Shown here: positions 17,820-26,944 of the stretch, one piece after another
Position numbering within the stretch: the stretch's first letter is position 1
Layout: each line of letters opens with the position of its first letter
Origin: Candidatus Kuenenia stuttgartensis
Lineage (GTDB): Bacteria; Planctomycetota; Brocadiia; Brocadiales; Brocadiaceae
Direction of reading: 5' to 3'
Assembly: GCF_900232105.1 (NCBI RefSeq)
Contig: NZ_LT934425.1
Span: 390,001-422,000 of the forward strand
DNA: 32,000 bases
Translations under genes and position numbers: made by a program
Notes under the pieces: generated by a model
What the model saw: only the letters and a program-made list of their open reading frames with translations
Database searches by the model: none
Told to the model about the DNA's origin: nothing

Positions 17820-19337
17820 CTATATCTGACCTTTTTTCGATCTATAATAAGTTAAAAGATATTGATAAACTTCATCCTCTGTCGCAAATACTTTTTTCAA
17901 ATAAGAAACAGCCTCTTCAATATTTCCCTTCTCTAAAAATATTAAACCAATATTTCCATAAGCAGCAGTGAGATTCTCATCAAACAGAATAGCTTTTTTA
18001 TATTCTTTTATCGCTTCATCATACTCTCCTTTCCGGTAGTAAACAGTCCCTATATTATTTCGCAAAACGGCATTTTCAAGGTCTTCCGCAATCAACGCCT
18101 TATACTCATTTATTGCTTCTTTGTAGTTGCCGTTGTTTTTATATGCCAAAGCAAGCGCAGTATGTATTTGTTTATTTGATGGATATTCATTCATTGCATC
18201 TCTATATGTCAAAATTGCCTTGTCATATTCCGTTACACCCATAAACCTATTGCCCCGCATTAACAGGCGTGTTTCATGCGGTGTTATCGTCCCCCAACAC
18301 CATACAAACGTTAACAATAGCATCAAACTCAATACCAGAAAACTTCTATTTTGCGGAGTAAATTCTGTTATTGTTATACGCTTCTTCTCAACTATTTTTA
18401 CTATCATCACGGCAAAACATAATCCCCATACAGCGCCAAGCAACGTTTGGAAACTACCAAGATACTTTTGTGTATAAAATGCCGTGATTATTCCGCAAAA
18501 GACAAGAAACAACTCAACGTATATACTATAATTGCCCGATTCAGGAATCAACCATCTGAACTTACGGGTCAAAGACAAGGCGCTCATGCCGGATTTGTAA
18601 CCTAATGTCCCGTTTTTACATGCATCCTTACACGAAAGGCAGCGTATACAATTTGCATTGACAACCGCGCTATGCTTGGCAATCTCTTCGTGTACCGTTA
18701 TTCCCATAATACAATTTCTCGTGCAATTCATACATCCGGTACATTCCCTGATTTTCCTTATCCGCCAAAAACTAATATTCTCAAATAGTGCAAGCAGAGG
18801 AGCCCATGGGCACACGTATCTGCAGAATGCCCTTGATCCCATAAGATAAATGAAGAGAAAGGCGTCAAATAAGAGAAAGGATGCAATAATAGCAGGGCTT
18901 CGGGGGAGGTCTGACGTCATAACCTGCGTATCACTGATATTAATATGAAACTGAGGAATGCCATAAATATACCAGAATTCAAAAATGGCAGTTATCGTTT
19001 TCAGGAGAAATACATACTGTATGATATTTGCTCTGGAATGAATAATTGAGGGATTTATTCCACACTTATTAAGCACCCGTAAAGCAAATTCCTGGAAAAA
19101 AGCAAAGTGGCATCCCCATCCACAGAATACCCTTCCAAAAAACACTGTTATTAATACAATAATAATAAAAAAAGCGGCGGCGGAATTCAGCAGGCCAAAA
19201 CCTAAAAGGGTGACAATACCATTCATGCTAAAGGTTCCTACCTTCTGAAATCCATATTTATACCACAGCAGAATATGGACTATTATGAATACATTTATTG
19301 AAAATAGTACAATTAACCTTTTTTTATTGATATTCAT
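17820..19337 (-). CDS. NapH/NosR-like polyferredoxin membrane protein with C-terminal TPR domain
   Basis: FGRVFCGWGCHFAFFQE, CRYVCPWAPL, CTGCMNCTRNC and CIRCLSCKDACK cluster motifs, multiple TM segments, and a C-terminal tandem TPR (NIGTVYYRKGEYDEAIKEYKKAI; NIGLIFLEKGNIEEAVSYLKK). Confidence 0.88.
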   Translation of the reverse strand: MNINKKRLIVLFSINVFIIVHILLWYKYGFQKVGTFSMNGIVTLLGFGLLNSAAAFFIIIVLITVFFGRVFCGWGCHFAFFQEFALRVLNKCGINPSIIHSRANIIQYVFLLKTITAIFEFWYIYGIPQFHINISDTQVMTSDLPRSPAIIASFLLFDAFLFIYLMGSRAFCRYVCPWAPLLALFENISFWRIRKIRECTGCMNCTRNCIMGITVHEEIAKHSAVVNANCIRCLSCKDACKNGTLGYKSGMSALSLTRKFRWLIPESGNYSIYVELFLVFCGIITAFYTQKYLGSFQTLLGAVWGLCFAVMIVKIVEKKRITITEFTPQNRSFLVLSLMLLLTFVWCWGTITPHETRLLMRGNRFMGVTEYDKAILTYRDAMNEYPSNKQIHTALALAYKNNGNYKEAINEYKALIAEDLENAVLRNNIGTVYYRKGEYDEAIKEYKKAILFDENLTAAYGNIGLIFLEKGNIEEAVSYLKKVFATEDEVYQYLLTYYRSKKGQI

Positions 19338-19451
19338 AACATGATAAAATCAACCAAACGAATAATATCTTTTGAAGATTACTATTTTTAGGCGTGAGGG
19401 TAGAGGCTTGCCGTATGACGAAGATTTGAAACATTCGGGGGAGGCAACTGT

Positions 19452-19491
19452 AAAGAGGCCTTTTGAACTTTATCATCAAAGACCTCTTTAT
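19452..19491. terminator. Hairpin near tRNA-Glu, possible terminator
   Basis: AAAGAGGCCTTTTGA ... TCAAAGACCTCTTT inverted repeat; weak T-tract. Confidence 0.4.
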
Positions 19492-19508
19492 TGGTTAACT
19501 TCATAATA

Positions 19509-19581
19509 TACCCCCAAGGGGATTTGAACCCCTGTCTCCAGGCTGAGAACCTGGCATCCTGGGCCTCTAGACGATGGGGGC
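19509..19581 (-). tRNA. tRNA-Glu (anticodon CTC)
   Basis: The reverse strand folds as a cloverleaf: GCCCCCA...CCAGG-TTCTCAG-CCTGG...AGGGG-TTCAAAT-CCCCT-TGGGGGTA; loop TTCTCAG gives CTC. CCA is not encoded. Confidence 0.93.
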
Positions 19582-19704
19582 GCTTCAGGTCAAAATATCA
19601 TTGTCAAAATAATATGTCGGAAAACGAATAGCTTACAAACTTACAACATTTATTTTCTTATGTCAACAAAATTCATCCTGTTGCCTGAAATTCCTTTCTC
19701 TGAT

Positions 19705-20481
19705 TCAAAAAGAAACCCTTCTCCCCGATTTTGTGATTGCAGTTTTTCCAAAATCGGGCATCTTTCCTAATGCCTCTGCGTTAAAAACCGGTCCGTCAAT
19801 ACATATTCGCTGCCCACTACAGTCGCATTGGCCGCAAATGCCAAACCCACATTTAATATATCTTTCAATTGATACTTCACAATCAATATGGCGTTCATTG
19901 CATAATTCGAATATTTTGTACAACATTTTTTCAGGACCGCATGCATATATCTTTTTATAATTATGTTGCCCTGTTAATTCTCTCAACAAATCAACCGTTG
20001 TTCCTCTGTAACCAAAAGAACCATCATCTGTACATAATTTCATCTCTCTGAAGCGATGTTGAAAAAGCAATTCCGGCATAGTCCTTGCCCCCTGAATGAT
20101 TGTCGTATTTTTCTGCATATCCGCTAAACACGCAATAGAAGCCATTCCAATACCACCGCCTACAATACACGTAGCCGCATTGTTTTCAGGCAAGCCATAT
20201 CCCATGCCATACGGCCCCCTGATACCTATTTGATCTCCCTTTTTCTTTGTATGCAAGGTTTTTGTAAATTCACCTCTTTTTAATACAGTTATCCCGGCAA
20301 CATTTCCATCAATATAGGAAATAGTAAATGGTTTCTCGTCATTTAGCGGAACCCAAACCATAATAAACTGCCCCGGCTCATACTGTCCGGCATACTCAAA
20401 GAAAAACGTTTTTACGTTTGGAGTCTCATCTATGATATCGTATATTTTTACCATTTTTGGCTGTTCAATCATGGGCAACAC
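19705..20481 (-). CDS. pyrK: Dihydroorotate dehydrogenase B electron-transfer subunit (FAD/2Fe-2S)
   Basis: GQFIMVWVPLNDEKPFTIS, GIRGPYGMGY, GGGIGMASIACLAD, C-terminal CGFGICGQCDCSGQRICIDGPVF. Overlaps pyrD. Confidence 0.92.
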   Translation of the reverse strand: MLPMIEQPKMVKIYDIIDETPNVKTFFFEYAGQYEPGQFIMVWVPLNDEKPFTISYIDGNVAGITVLKRGEFTKTLHTKKKGDQIGIRGPYGMGYGLPENNAATCIVGGGIGMASIACLADMQKNTTIIQGARTMPELLFQHRFREMKLCTDDGSFGYRGTTVDLLRELTGQHNYKKIYACGPEKMLYKIFELCNERHIDCEVSIERYIKCGFGICGQCDCSGQRICIDGPVFNAEALGKMPDFGKTAITKSGRRVSF

Positions 20482-21385
20482 CTACAAGCTCATTAATAGT
20501 GTTATACCCGTTTTCAATCATCCACTGCTTCATTTCAGCGCACACCTTGCTGAAAACATTAATTCCTCTTGTGTAAACGCCGGTTCCAATGCCAACAGCC
20601 GAAGCCCCTGCCATCATCATCTCTATCGCGTGCCTTCCTGTGGATATGCCCCCTACTCCGATAATTGGAATTTTCACCGCCTGGTAAACGTCATACACAC
20701 AACGTACGGCAATCGGCCGCAAGGCGTCCCCGGTGACGCCCCCGACCTTAAACCCTAACACAGGTTTCTTTGATTCAATATTAATTACCATTCCAGGACC
20801 CATTGAATTCACGGCGGTAATGCCGTTTGCCCCTGCATCCTCTGCTGCTTTTGCAATTGAGGTGATTTCAGGCACGTTTGGTGATATTTTCACAAATATA
20901 GGCACATTTGTTTTTCGTCTCACCGCATAGGTTATTTCGTAGGTAGCCTTTGGAGTTCCCTGTCCGGACAGAAGGCCAAAACCAGGAGTATGAGGACAAG
21001 AAAGCGGTATTTCGATAGCGGAAAACCCGGATGCTGACAGCCCCTCTGCAACCTCAATGAAATCATCCGTACAGGTTCCAATAATACTGGCAATTACAGG
21101 AACGCCTATTTCATTAAGGTTCGAATATTCGATACGTGCGGCCTCAACACCAGGGTTCGAATATCCTACGGCATTTAACATTCCCGCCTCGTAGGTAATA
21201 ACCGTCGGATTATGATGGCCTTCCCTTGAATCCTTACTTACGGATTTAATCGTTACCGCACCGGCTCCACTTTCTGCCACTCGTTTTAATAATGTCTTTG
21301 TGGTTCCCAGTATTCCCGAAGCCAGCACCGTTGGATTCGACAATCGCATACTACACAAATTTATTGATAATGTTACCTCTGTCAT
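20465..21385 (-). CDS. pyrD: Dihydroorotate dehydrogenase, type 1B catalytic subunit
   Basis: NPTVLASGILGTTK, EIPLSCPHTPGFG, VFVKISPNVPEITSIAKAAEDAGANGITAVNS, IPIIGVGGISTGRHAIEMMMAGASAVGIGT. Adjacent to pyrK. Confidence 0.94.
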   Translation of the reverse strand: MTEVTLSINLCSMRLSNPTVLASGILGTTKTLLKRVAESGAGAVTIKSVSKDSREGHHNPTVITYEAGMLNAVGYSNPGVEAARIEYSNLNEIGVPVIASIIGTCTDDFIEVAEGLSASGFSAIEIPLSCPHTPGFGLLSGQGTPKATYEITYAVRRKTNVPIFVKISPNVPEITSIAKAAEDAGANGITAVNSMGPGMVINIESKKPVLGFKVGGVTGDALRPIAVRCVYDVYQAVKIPIIGVGGISTGRHAIEMMMAGASAVGIGTGVYTRGINVFSKVCAEMKQWMIENGYNTINELVGVAHD

Positions 21386-21386
21386 T

Positions 21387-22127
21387 TTACCAGTCGCCTT
21401 TTAAGGTTGCGATGAATTCTCTTAACTTGCATACCCGCATCTCAACTTCTGCATAATACCCCATGCCAAAAATGCCTGACAAACCATTATGAGCAACAAT
21501 AATATCAAGGTTTCTTTCCAGAAAATCAGGCAGACCATTAGGGTCATACCCTGCATTACAGGCATAGAACACCCCTTTTGTATCCGCCTCTGCCTCAAAC
21601 TCCCTGAGATGGTTTTCCAACGATAACGCTGCAACCTCATCCCAATTAGCATTATTTTGCTGTGAGAAAACATTCTTAAGTTCCCGGTAAAATTTTGATG
21701 CATGCCTCAGTGATAAATGTGCAATTTCATGACCTATAATACAAGCCAACTCATTTTCATTTTTCGTTAATTGTAACAAGCCTTTTGTAATATAGATATG
21801 CCCGCAGGAAGAAGAGAAAGCATTGATAGAATAGGATTGAATTATACTGCAAATGTACGGAAGGGTTTTTCTCTCTGAAACTGCAACGATTGATTGTGTA
21901 ATATCATTTATTTTTTTATTCAGTTCTGCATCTGTATCAAAATGACATCCACGGCTTAAATATTCATCAACTTTCCTGCCAAGCTCTATCTCTTCTTCTT
22001 CGCTCAATCCAGTATTATCACCGTTCAGTTGCCATTCGTCATTCGCAAAACAGCATACACCGGAGAAGAAAATAGCATCTGCTACCAAAAGAATAAAAAT
22101 GGCAAAAAAGATTCTTTTCCATTCCAT
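21387..22127 (-). CDS. M48-family-type metalloprotease with signal peptide
   Basis: CIIGHEIAHLSLRHASKF (HExxH), EFEAEADTKGVFYACNAGYDP. Confidence 0.9.
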   Translation of the reverse strand: MEWKRIFFAIFILLVADAIFFSGVCCFANDEWQLNGDNTGLSEEEEIELGRKVDEYLSRGCHFDTDAELNKKINDITQSIVAVSERKTLPYICSIIQSYSINAFSSSCGHIYITKGLLQLTKNENELACIIGHEIAHLSLRHASKFYRELKNVFSQQNNANWDEVAALSLENHLREFEAEADTKGVFYACNAGYDPNGLPDFLERNLDIIVAHNGLSGIFGMGYYAEVEMRVCKLREFIATLKGDW

Positions 22128-22258
22128 CGTATCATCTTACCGTAACTATTGTATGAGATTATCTGCGGGTGCGGGCTTGAAACTTAAACCTCATATTTTA
22201 TGCTGTTTACCTCGCCCAAATGATTGTATTCCGGCATGATTGTTAATTATATCATTTA

Positions 22259-23023
22259 TCATTTCAACAATTCCAAAAACTTTTTATTAAAAGAATCGTT
22301 AAATAGTTTGTTCTGCATTTCACGTGCAACCTCATACCAATCATCTATTAACATATCTTTTACTGTGCCTCTCAGTGTACATTGGAAACTTATTACCTGT
22401 TTATTTTCTTTTGTTGTAGCGGTATTTATCGAGACTATGGCATATCCGCCTATTTTTTCTACAGGCAGTGTGTATTTACTAAAAATATTATTAGGAGAAT
22501 ATATCCTGCCATTGTCGTTTATTGCTGGCAATATGATTTTCATAATCTTGTTTATCTCAGAAAGGTCATCAATATGTTCCTGCCAAAATATTCTATCCTG
22601 GTATGTTAATTCGCAAAACTTAACAGGAAATTCTGAATGCAGGTTATTTTGGATAAACGCTGCCAATTGTGCATATCTCTTGTAAATACTGGTAAAGCCG
22701 GGATAATCCTTCTCTCTTTCTTCATCTTTTTTAATCCAATTGAAGAATATTTTGTTAAATTGCAATTGTACCAGCCAATTTGTATCAATGGTGCTAAGCC
22801 GGTACAATACCGGCCCGGTATAATTATAATCAATTTTAGGCTCTAAACTGTAATCAACCATTTCAAGATCTTCCAATGGATTCCCATATCGAATTAGCGG
22901 ATAATCATTTTTAAAAGCATTGATTATTTCATATATTAACCCGTTTTTCCCTAAAACGGGTTGTTTGAGAGTAATCCCCATAATTACTTCAGACAAAGGC
23001 GCCTTTGAATACGTATTATCCAT
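22259..23023 (-). CDS. Uncharacterised protein, TIGR04255-family-like
   Basis: N-terminal APLSEVIMGITLKQP...NGLIYEIINAFKNDYP and overall size of 254 aa resemble this family from memory. Confidence 0.6.
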   Translation of the reverse strand: MDNTYSKAPLSEVIMGITLKQPVLGKNGLIYEIINAFKNDYPLIRYGNPLEDLEMVDYSLEPKIDYNYTGPVLYRLSTIDTNWLVQLQFNKIFFNWIKKDEEREKDYPGFTSIYKRYAQLAAFIQNNLHSEFPVKFCELTYQDRIFWQEHIDDLSEINKIMKIILPAINDNGRIYSPNNIFSKYTLPVEKIGGYAIVSINTATTKENKQVISFQCTLRGTVKDMLIDDWYEVAREMQNKLFNDSFNKKFLELLK

Positions 23024-23205
23024 ATTTCACCATTTCTTAAAAACAAAAATTCAATACTAAAGTGTTACGTTTGTTTTTGTTATTCAGGATCACGACATGT
23101 GCAAAACCCGTCCCCTGCTATCACACATTTAAAACAGCAAGTGAATATCATTTAATCGGGAATTATACAATTGTTCAGGTTAAACTACGATGGTATTTTG
23201 TGAAA

Positions 23206-23279
23206 TGGAGCGGGCGATGGGAATCGAACCCACATATCTAGCTTGGGAAGCTAGTATTCTACCACTGAATTACGCCCGC
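23206..23279 (-). tRNA. tRNA-Gly (anticodon CCC), encoded CCA
   Basis: GCGGGCG...CTAGC-TTCCCAA-GCTAG...GTGGGTTCGATTCCCAT-CGCCCGCT-CCA on the minus strand. Confidence 0.94.
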
Positions 23280-23280
23280 C

Positions 23281-24303
23281 TTAAAACCCTATGATATGTA
23301 ATCTTGATTCGTTTAAATTTGGTTTTTGACTACTGTTTATTATCGTTGAAGCGTCACAAAGACTCCCCTGATACGCACCTCTTTTTTCCAACTCCTGTGT
23401 AATCATTGTTGTGATGCTCGACTTACCGGCTTTCCACACGGGAGATATAAGGAAGTTGCCATGAGTATCACCTACTAATCTTTGTATCGTAACATCCGGA
23501 GGTATACGTTCCAGAAAATCTGCAGCCAGCCGCACATATTCATGAATATCCAGGGTTGTCACATTCCCTTTAAAATATTCTTCAGCCAATGCGGTATTCT
23601 TTGCCACATACAGATGATGCAATTTGATCCCCTGTATACCCATCTCCGCAACCGCATCCGCGGTCTTCATCATATCATCGTCAGTCTCGAAGGGGAGTCC
23701 CAAGATAACATGAACGCATATATTTATGCAAGTTTTTTTTGTAAGGTTTATTGCTTCAACAAAAGATTTATAATCGTGCCCTCTGTTAATGCGCTTCAAA
23801 GTTTCTTCATGTATGGATTGAAGCCCGTATTCAATCCATACATGATATTTTTCCGTGTAGCTATTGATAAGATTTAAAATGTCCTCATTAACGCAATCAG
23901 GCCTGGTACCAATGGAAAGGCCAACTACATCACTGTCTGACAATGCCTCTTCATAGCATGCTTTTAGTGTATGAAAATCAGCATACGTGTTGGTAAACGA
24001 TTGAAAGTAGGCGATAAATTTTTCAGCGCCATACCTTTGTTTTTGAAACGATTTCCCTTTTCTAATCTGTTCCGTTATCGATAAAGAAGGTTTCCTTACA
24101 TTTGGACTAAAACTTTCATTCGCGCAATACGTACATCCGCCCACTCCGGACCGCCCATCCCGATTTGGGCAGGTAAAACCCGCATGAAGCGCTATTTTAT
24201 GCACTTTGAAAGGAAACTGTTGTTTTAGATATTCGCCAAAAGAGAAAAATCGATATTTATACGAATAATCCGTTTGAGTCTTTAAAACAGACATTTTATT
24301 CAT
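23281..24303 (-). CDS. TIGR01212-family (YtqA/YhcC-like) radical SAM protein
   Basis: FTCPNRDGRSGVGGCTYCANESFSPN, VVGLSIGTRPDCV, YGLQSIHEETLKRINRGHD, HVILGLPFETDDDMMKTAD. Confidence 0.92.
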   Translation of the reverse strand: MNKMSVLKTQTDYSYKYRFFSFGEYLKQQFPFKVHKIALHAGFTCPNRDGRSGVGGCTYCANESFSPNVRKPSLSITEQIRKGKSFQKQRYGAEKFIAYFQSFTNTYADFHTLKACYEEALSDSDVVGLSIGTRPDCVNEDILNLINSYTEKYHVWIEYGLQSIHEETLKRINRGHDYKSFVEAINLTKKTCINICVHVILGLPFETDDDMMKTADAVAEMGIQGIKLHHLYVAKNTALAEEYFKGNVTTLDIHEYVRLAADFLERIPPDVTIQRLVGDTHGNFLISPVWKAGKSSITTMITQELEKRGAYQGSLCDASTIINSSQKPNLNESRLHIIGF

Positions 24304-24431
24304 GCGGCAAATCTAACAAGAATATGAGGCATTATCAAATACAAAACATTCCGGCTCACTATTAAACTGTCAAAATTTCCAAAGGAAACGCTATTGATTG
24401 TAATTGTATCCGAATCTGTCTTATGAAAATA

Positions 24432-24460
24432 TAAAAAAAGAGGGTTTAAAACCCTCTTTC
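24432..24460 (-). terminator. Rho-independent terminator of the TPR lipoprotein gene
   Basis: Minus strand GAAAGAGGGTTTTAAACCCTCTTTTTTT: stem plus T-run just downstream of the 24510 stop. Confidence 0.8.
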
Positions 24461-24509
24461 TCTAATAAGTTATATTTTGTTTCTCTTGTGCAAAATACCC
24501 TTATTAACA

Positions 24510-25766
24510 TTAATCCAAGCAATTATGTATCAATCTCTTATATTCCGAATATTCCATTTGCGCTTCTTCTTTCATCCCTTTTCGTTCGTATATAAGGGCT
24601 AAACCATAATGTGCTTTTGCAAAATTGGGGTCAATGCGAATCGTCTCTTCAAGCGCTCTGGCAGCCTCGTCCAATCTCCTGTCTTGTGAATATGCATTCC
24701 CCAGGTCAAAGTATATTTCAGGATTGTATGGATTTATTTCGATCGCCATCTGTAATGAAGTAATCGCTTCATCTAATGCCCTCTTATCTGAATAAGGGTT
24801 TTTTATATTATAATGTGCTGAAGCCGCTTTTTGAACTGAAGAAACGGCTTTAACAAGTGTTCGTTTATTTGCGTATGCCAAACCCAGCCTGTAATGAGCG
24901 TCGGCATTATCGGGGTCAAGTTTTACAACAGTTCGAAATTCTTCAATCGCATTATCAAATAATTTTTCATCAGAATATACAATTCCCAGGCTATAGTGCA
25001 CCTGTGGATTCTTAGCATCGATTTCTATCGACTTTTTGTAAGAAGCCACAGCCCCATCAACGTTTCCCTTTTCATAAAATGTCAAACCAAGATGATAATG
25101 TGCCAGTGCGTGCCTGGGATTTATCTCTGTAACTTTGCTAAACGCATTCAACGCGTTATCAGGAAGTCCGTTATTCAGATATATTTGCCCCAGAAAAAAA
25201 TGGGCATCGGTATAATTAGGATTTATCCCAACAGCATCTAACAGAGTTTGAATTGCTTCTTCAGTTTGATCGTTATTTACATAAACAACACCAAGATTGT
25301 ACATTGTTTCAACGGCTTTTGGATTTATTTTCAGGGCGTTTTTGTATTCAGAAACAGCCTCGGAATATTCCCCCTGCACACGGTACACATCCCCAAGTTT
25401 CTCATGCGCCAGGAAACTATCGGTATCTAATTGCAGTGAAGAACTAAGGGTGGCTTTCGCATTATCCCACATTTCTTTTTCCATATAAAGCAACCCTAAC
25501 TGAAGATATGCTTCTTTATATTTAGGATTTATTTCAACCGCTTTTACAAGTGCTGAAATCGCTTCGTCCAGCATTGTCCGGCTATTATATGCAATTGCAA
25601 GATTAAAATGCGCCTCTGCCAGCCCGGGATTAATGCGAATCGCTTTTTGGTAAGAACTAATTACTTCATCAGGCATATCCACCTTTGAACACCCGCATAT
25701 GCCAAGAGAAACTAATACTGCCATTATTATCGGTCTGTAAAATGGCCATACTAGATTCTTTATCAT
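24510..25766 (-). CDS. TPR-repeat lipoprotein (about 11 TPR units)
   Basis: Signal peptide with lipobox (LGICGC). Successive TPR units such as AEAHYNLGVVYVNNDQTEEAIQTLLDAVGINPNY. ATG 25766 with Shine-Dalgarno GGGAGA. Confidence 0.9.
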   Translation of the reverse strand: MIKNLVWPFYRPIIMAVLVSLGICGCSKVDMPDEVISSYQKAIRINPGLAEAHFNLAIAYNSRTMLDEAISALVKAVEINPKYKEAYLQLGLLYMEKEMWDNAKATLSSSLQLDTDSFLAHEKLGDVYRVQGEYSEAVSEYKNALKINPKAVETMYNLGVVYVNNDQTEEAIQTLLDAVGINPNYTDAHFFLGQIYLNNGLPDNALNAFSKVTEINPRHALAHYHLGLTFYEKGNVDGAVASYKKSIEIDAKNPQVHYSLGIVYSDEKLFDNAIEEFRTVVKLDPDNADAHYRLGLAYANKRTLVKAVSSVQKAASAHYNIKNPYSDKRALDEAITSLQMAIEINPYNPEIYFDLGNAYSQDRRLDEAARALEETIRIDPNFAKAHYGLALIYERKGMKEEAQMEYSEYKRLIHNCLD

Positions 25767-26035
25767 TACAGATTCTCCCATAAAAGTGCTGTCAGTAAAC
25801 TATTAAGCAAATACAATTACTTTGAGAATTGATTACACTTATATACCTACGCTAAAACCCGTTGCCCATTGAGAAAAAGAGTCAAACACTTATGCATTGG
25901 ATTATTTATCATCTTAATGATTTGTTTTCTTACAAAGAAACCATGCTCTTTGCCGTTAGGTTTAAGGGAATATATCAAATAGCCTATATATTGTCAAATG
26001 TTTATTTTATAGCTATTTAGACAATTTAGAGGCTG

Positions 26036-26737
26036 TTATTCCCAACCAAGTTTTCTTATTTCTTTAATAGATCGAACAAACTCCTCAGACACTTTTGAAA
26101 CCGAAATACTCTCCTTAAATCTCACACTAATATCATACAAAATTTCATCTTTTACCAGGTCTCTTTCGAATCCATAATGTTGCATTTCCATTGAATTTTT
26201 TCTCAATATTTCCAAAATCACTTCCAGGCACGATTGCGTGCCCGCGATACACAATTTTAATGTCTGATATTTATCCCGCCTTACGTTCTTTTCGAAAAAA
26301 GGCACAAAGAATAATGTGAAGAACACTATCACCGTTGTAATCAGCGCAGGGATAAAACAATTACTCCCTATCGCCAATCCAATGCCGGCGACCACCCATA
26401 AGGATGCCGCAGTAGTCAATCCCCTCACCGATGCCTTAAATCTCATAATTGTTCCTGCCCCTAAGAACCCAATACCAGTCACTACCTGAGCCGCTATCCT
26501 GGCAGGATCAATCCTAATGACCGAATCATCAGAATATATTTTATATTTTTCAAACATGTTTTCCGAAACCACCATCATTAACGTCACACCAACACATACC
26601 AGGATGTGTGTTCGTAATCCTGCCGGCCTACCCCTTGTTTCTCTTTCCCATCCGATAATTCCTCCTAAAATAACCGCCAGCAGGAGTTTTCCAATGGCAG
26701 TTTCAAATCCACTCAATATGCTTAAAATATGACACAT
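26036..26737 (-). CDS. MgtC/SapB-family membrane protein
   Basis: KLLLAVILGGIIGWERETRGRPAGLRTHILVCVGVTLMMVVS, DPARIAAQVVTGIGFLGAGTIMR, GLTTAASLWVVAGIGLAIG. Confidence 0.93.
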   Translation of the reverse strand: MCHILSILSGFETAIGKLLLAVILGGIIGWERETRGRPAGLRTHILVCVGVTLMMVVSENMFEKYKIYSDDSVIRIDPARIAAQVVTGIGFLGAGTIMRFKASVRGLTTAASLWVVAGIGLAIGSNCFIPALITTVIVFFTLFFVPFFEKNVRRDKYQTLKLCIAGTQSCLEVILEILRKNSMEMQHYGFERDLVKDEILYDISVRFKESISVSKVSEEFVRSIKEIRKLGWE

Positions 26738-26885
26738 AATCTCTCCTTATCTCCCAAAACACACCGTTTGTTTTCTTCGCTTATTGAACAACCTGGAATA
26801 ACGCATGTTGTTATTTTTTACCGCGCATATAACTACAAAATATAATTACCCAATATCCTGTGGAAAATAAAGAATTCCTTCCAAA

Positions 26886-26923
26886 ATTCCCCCTTAATAA
26901 AGGGGGATTGAGGGGGGTTGTTA
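26886..26923. repeat. Intergenic palindromic repeat (attcccccttaataaagggggattgaggggggtt)
   Basis: CCCCCTTaatAAAGGGGG hairpin followed by a G-rich tail, the common dispersed-repeat type. Confidence 0.6.
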
Positions 26924-26944
26924 CCGCAAGATACCGGGTAATTA

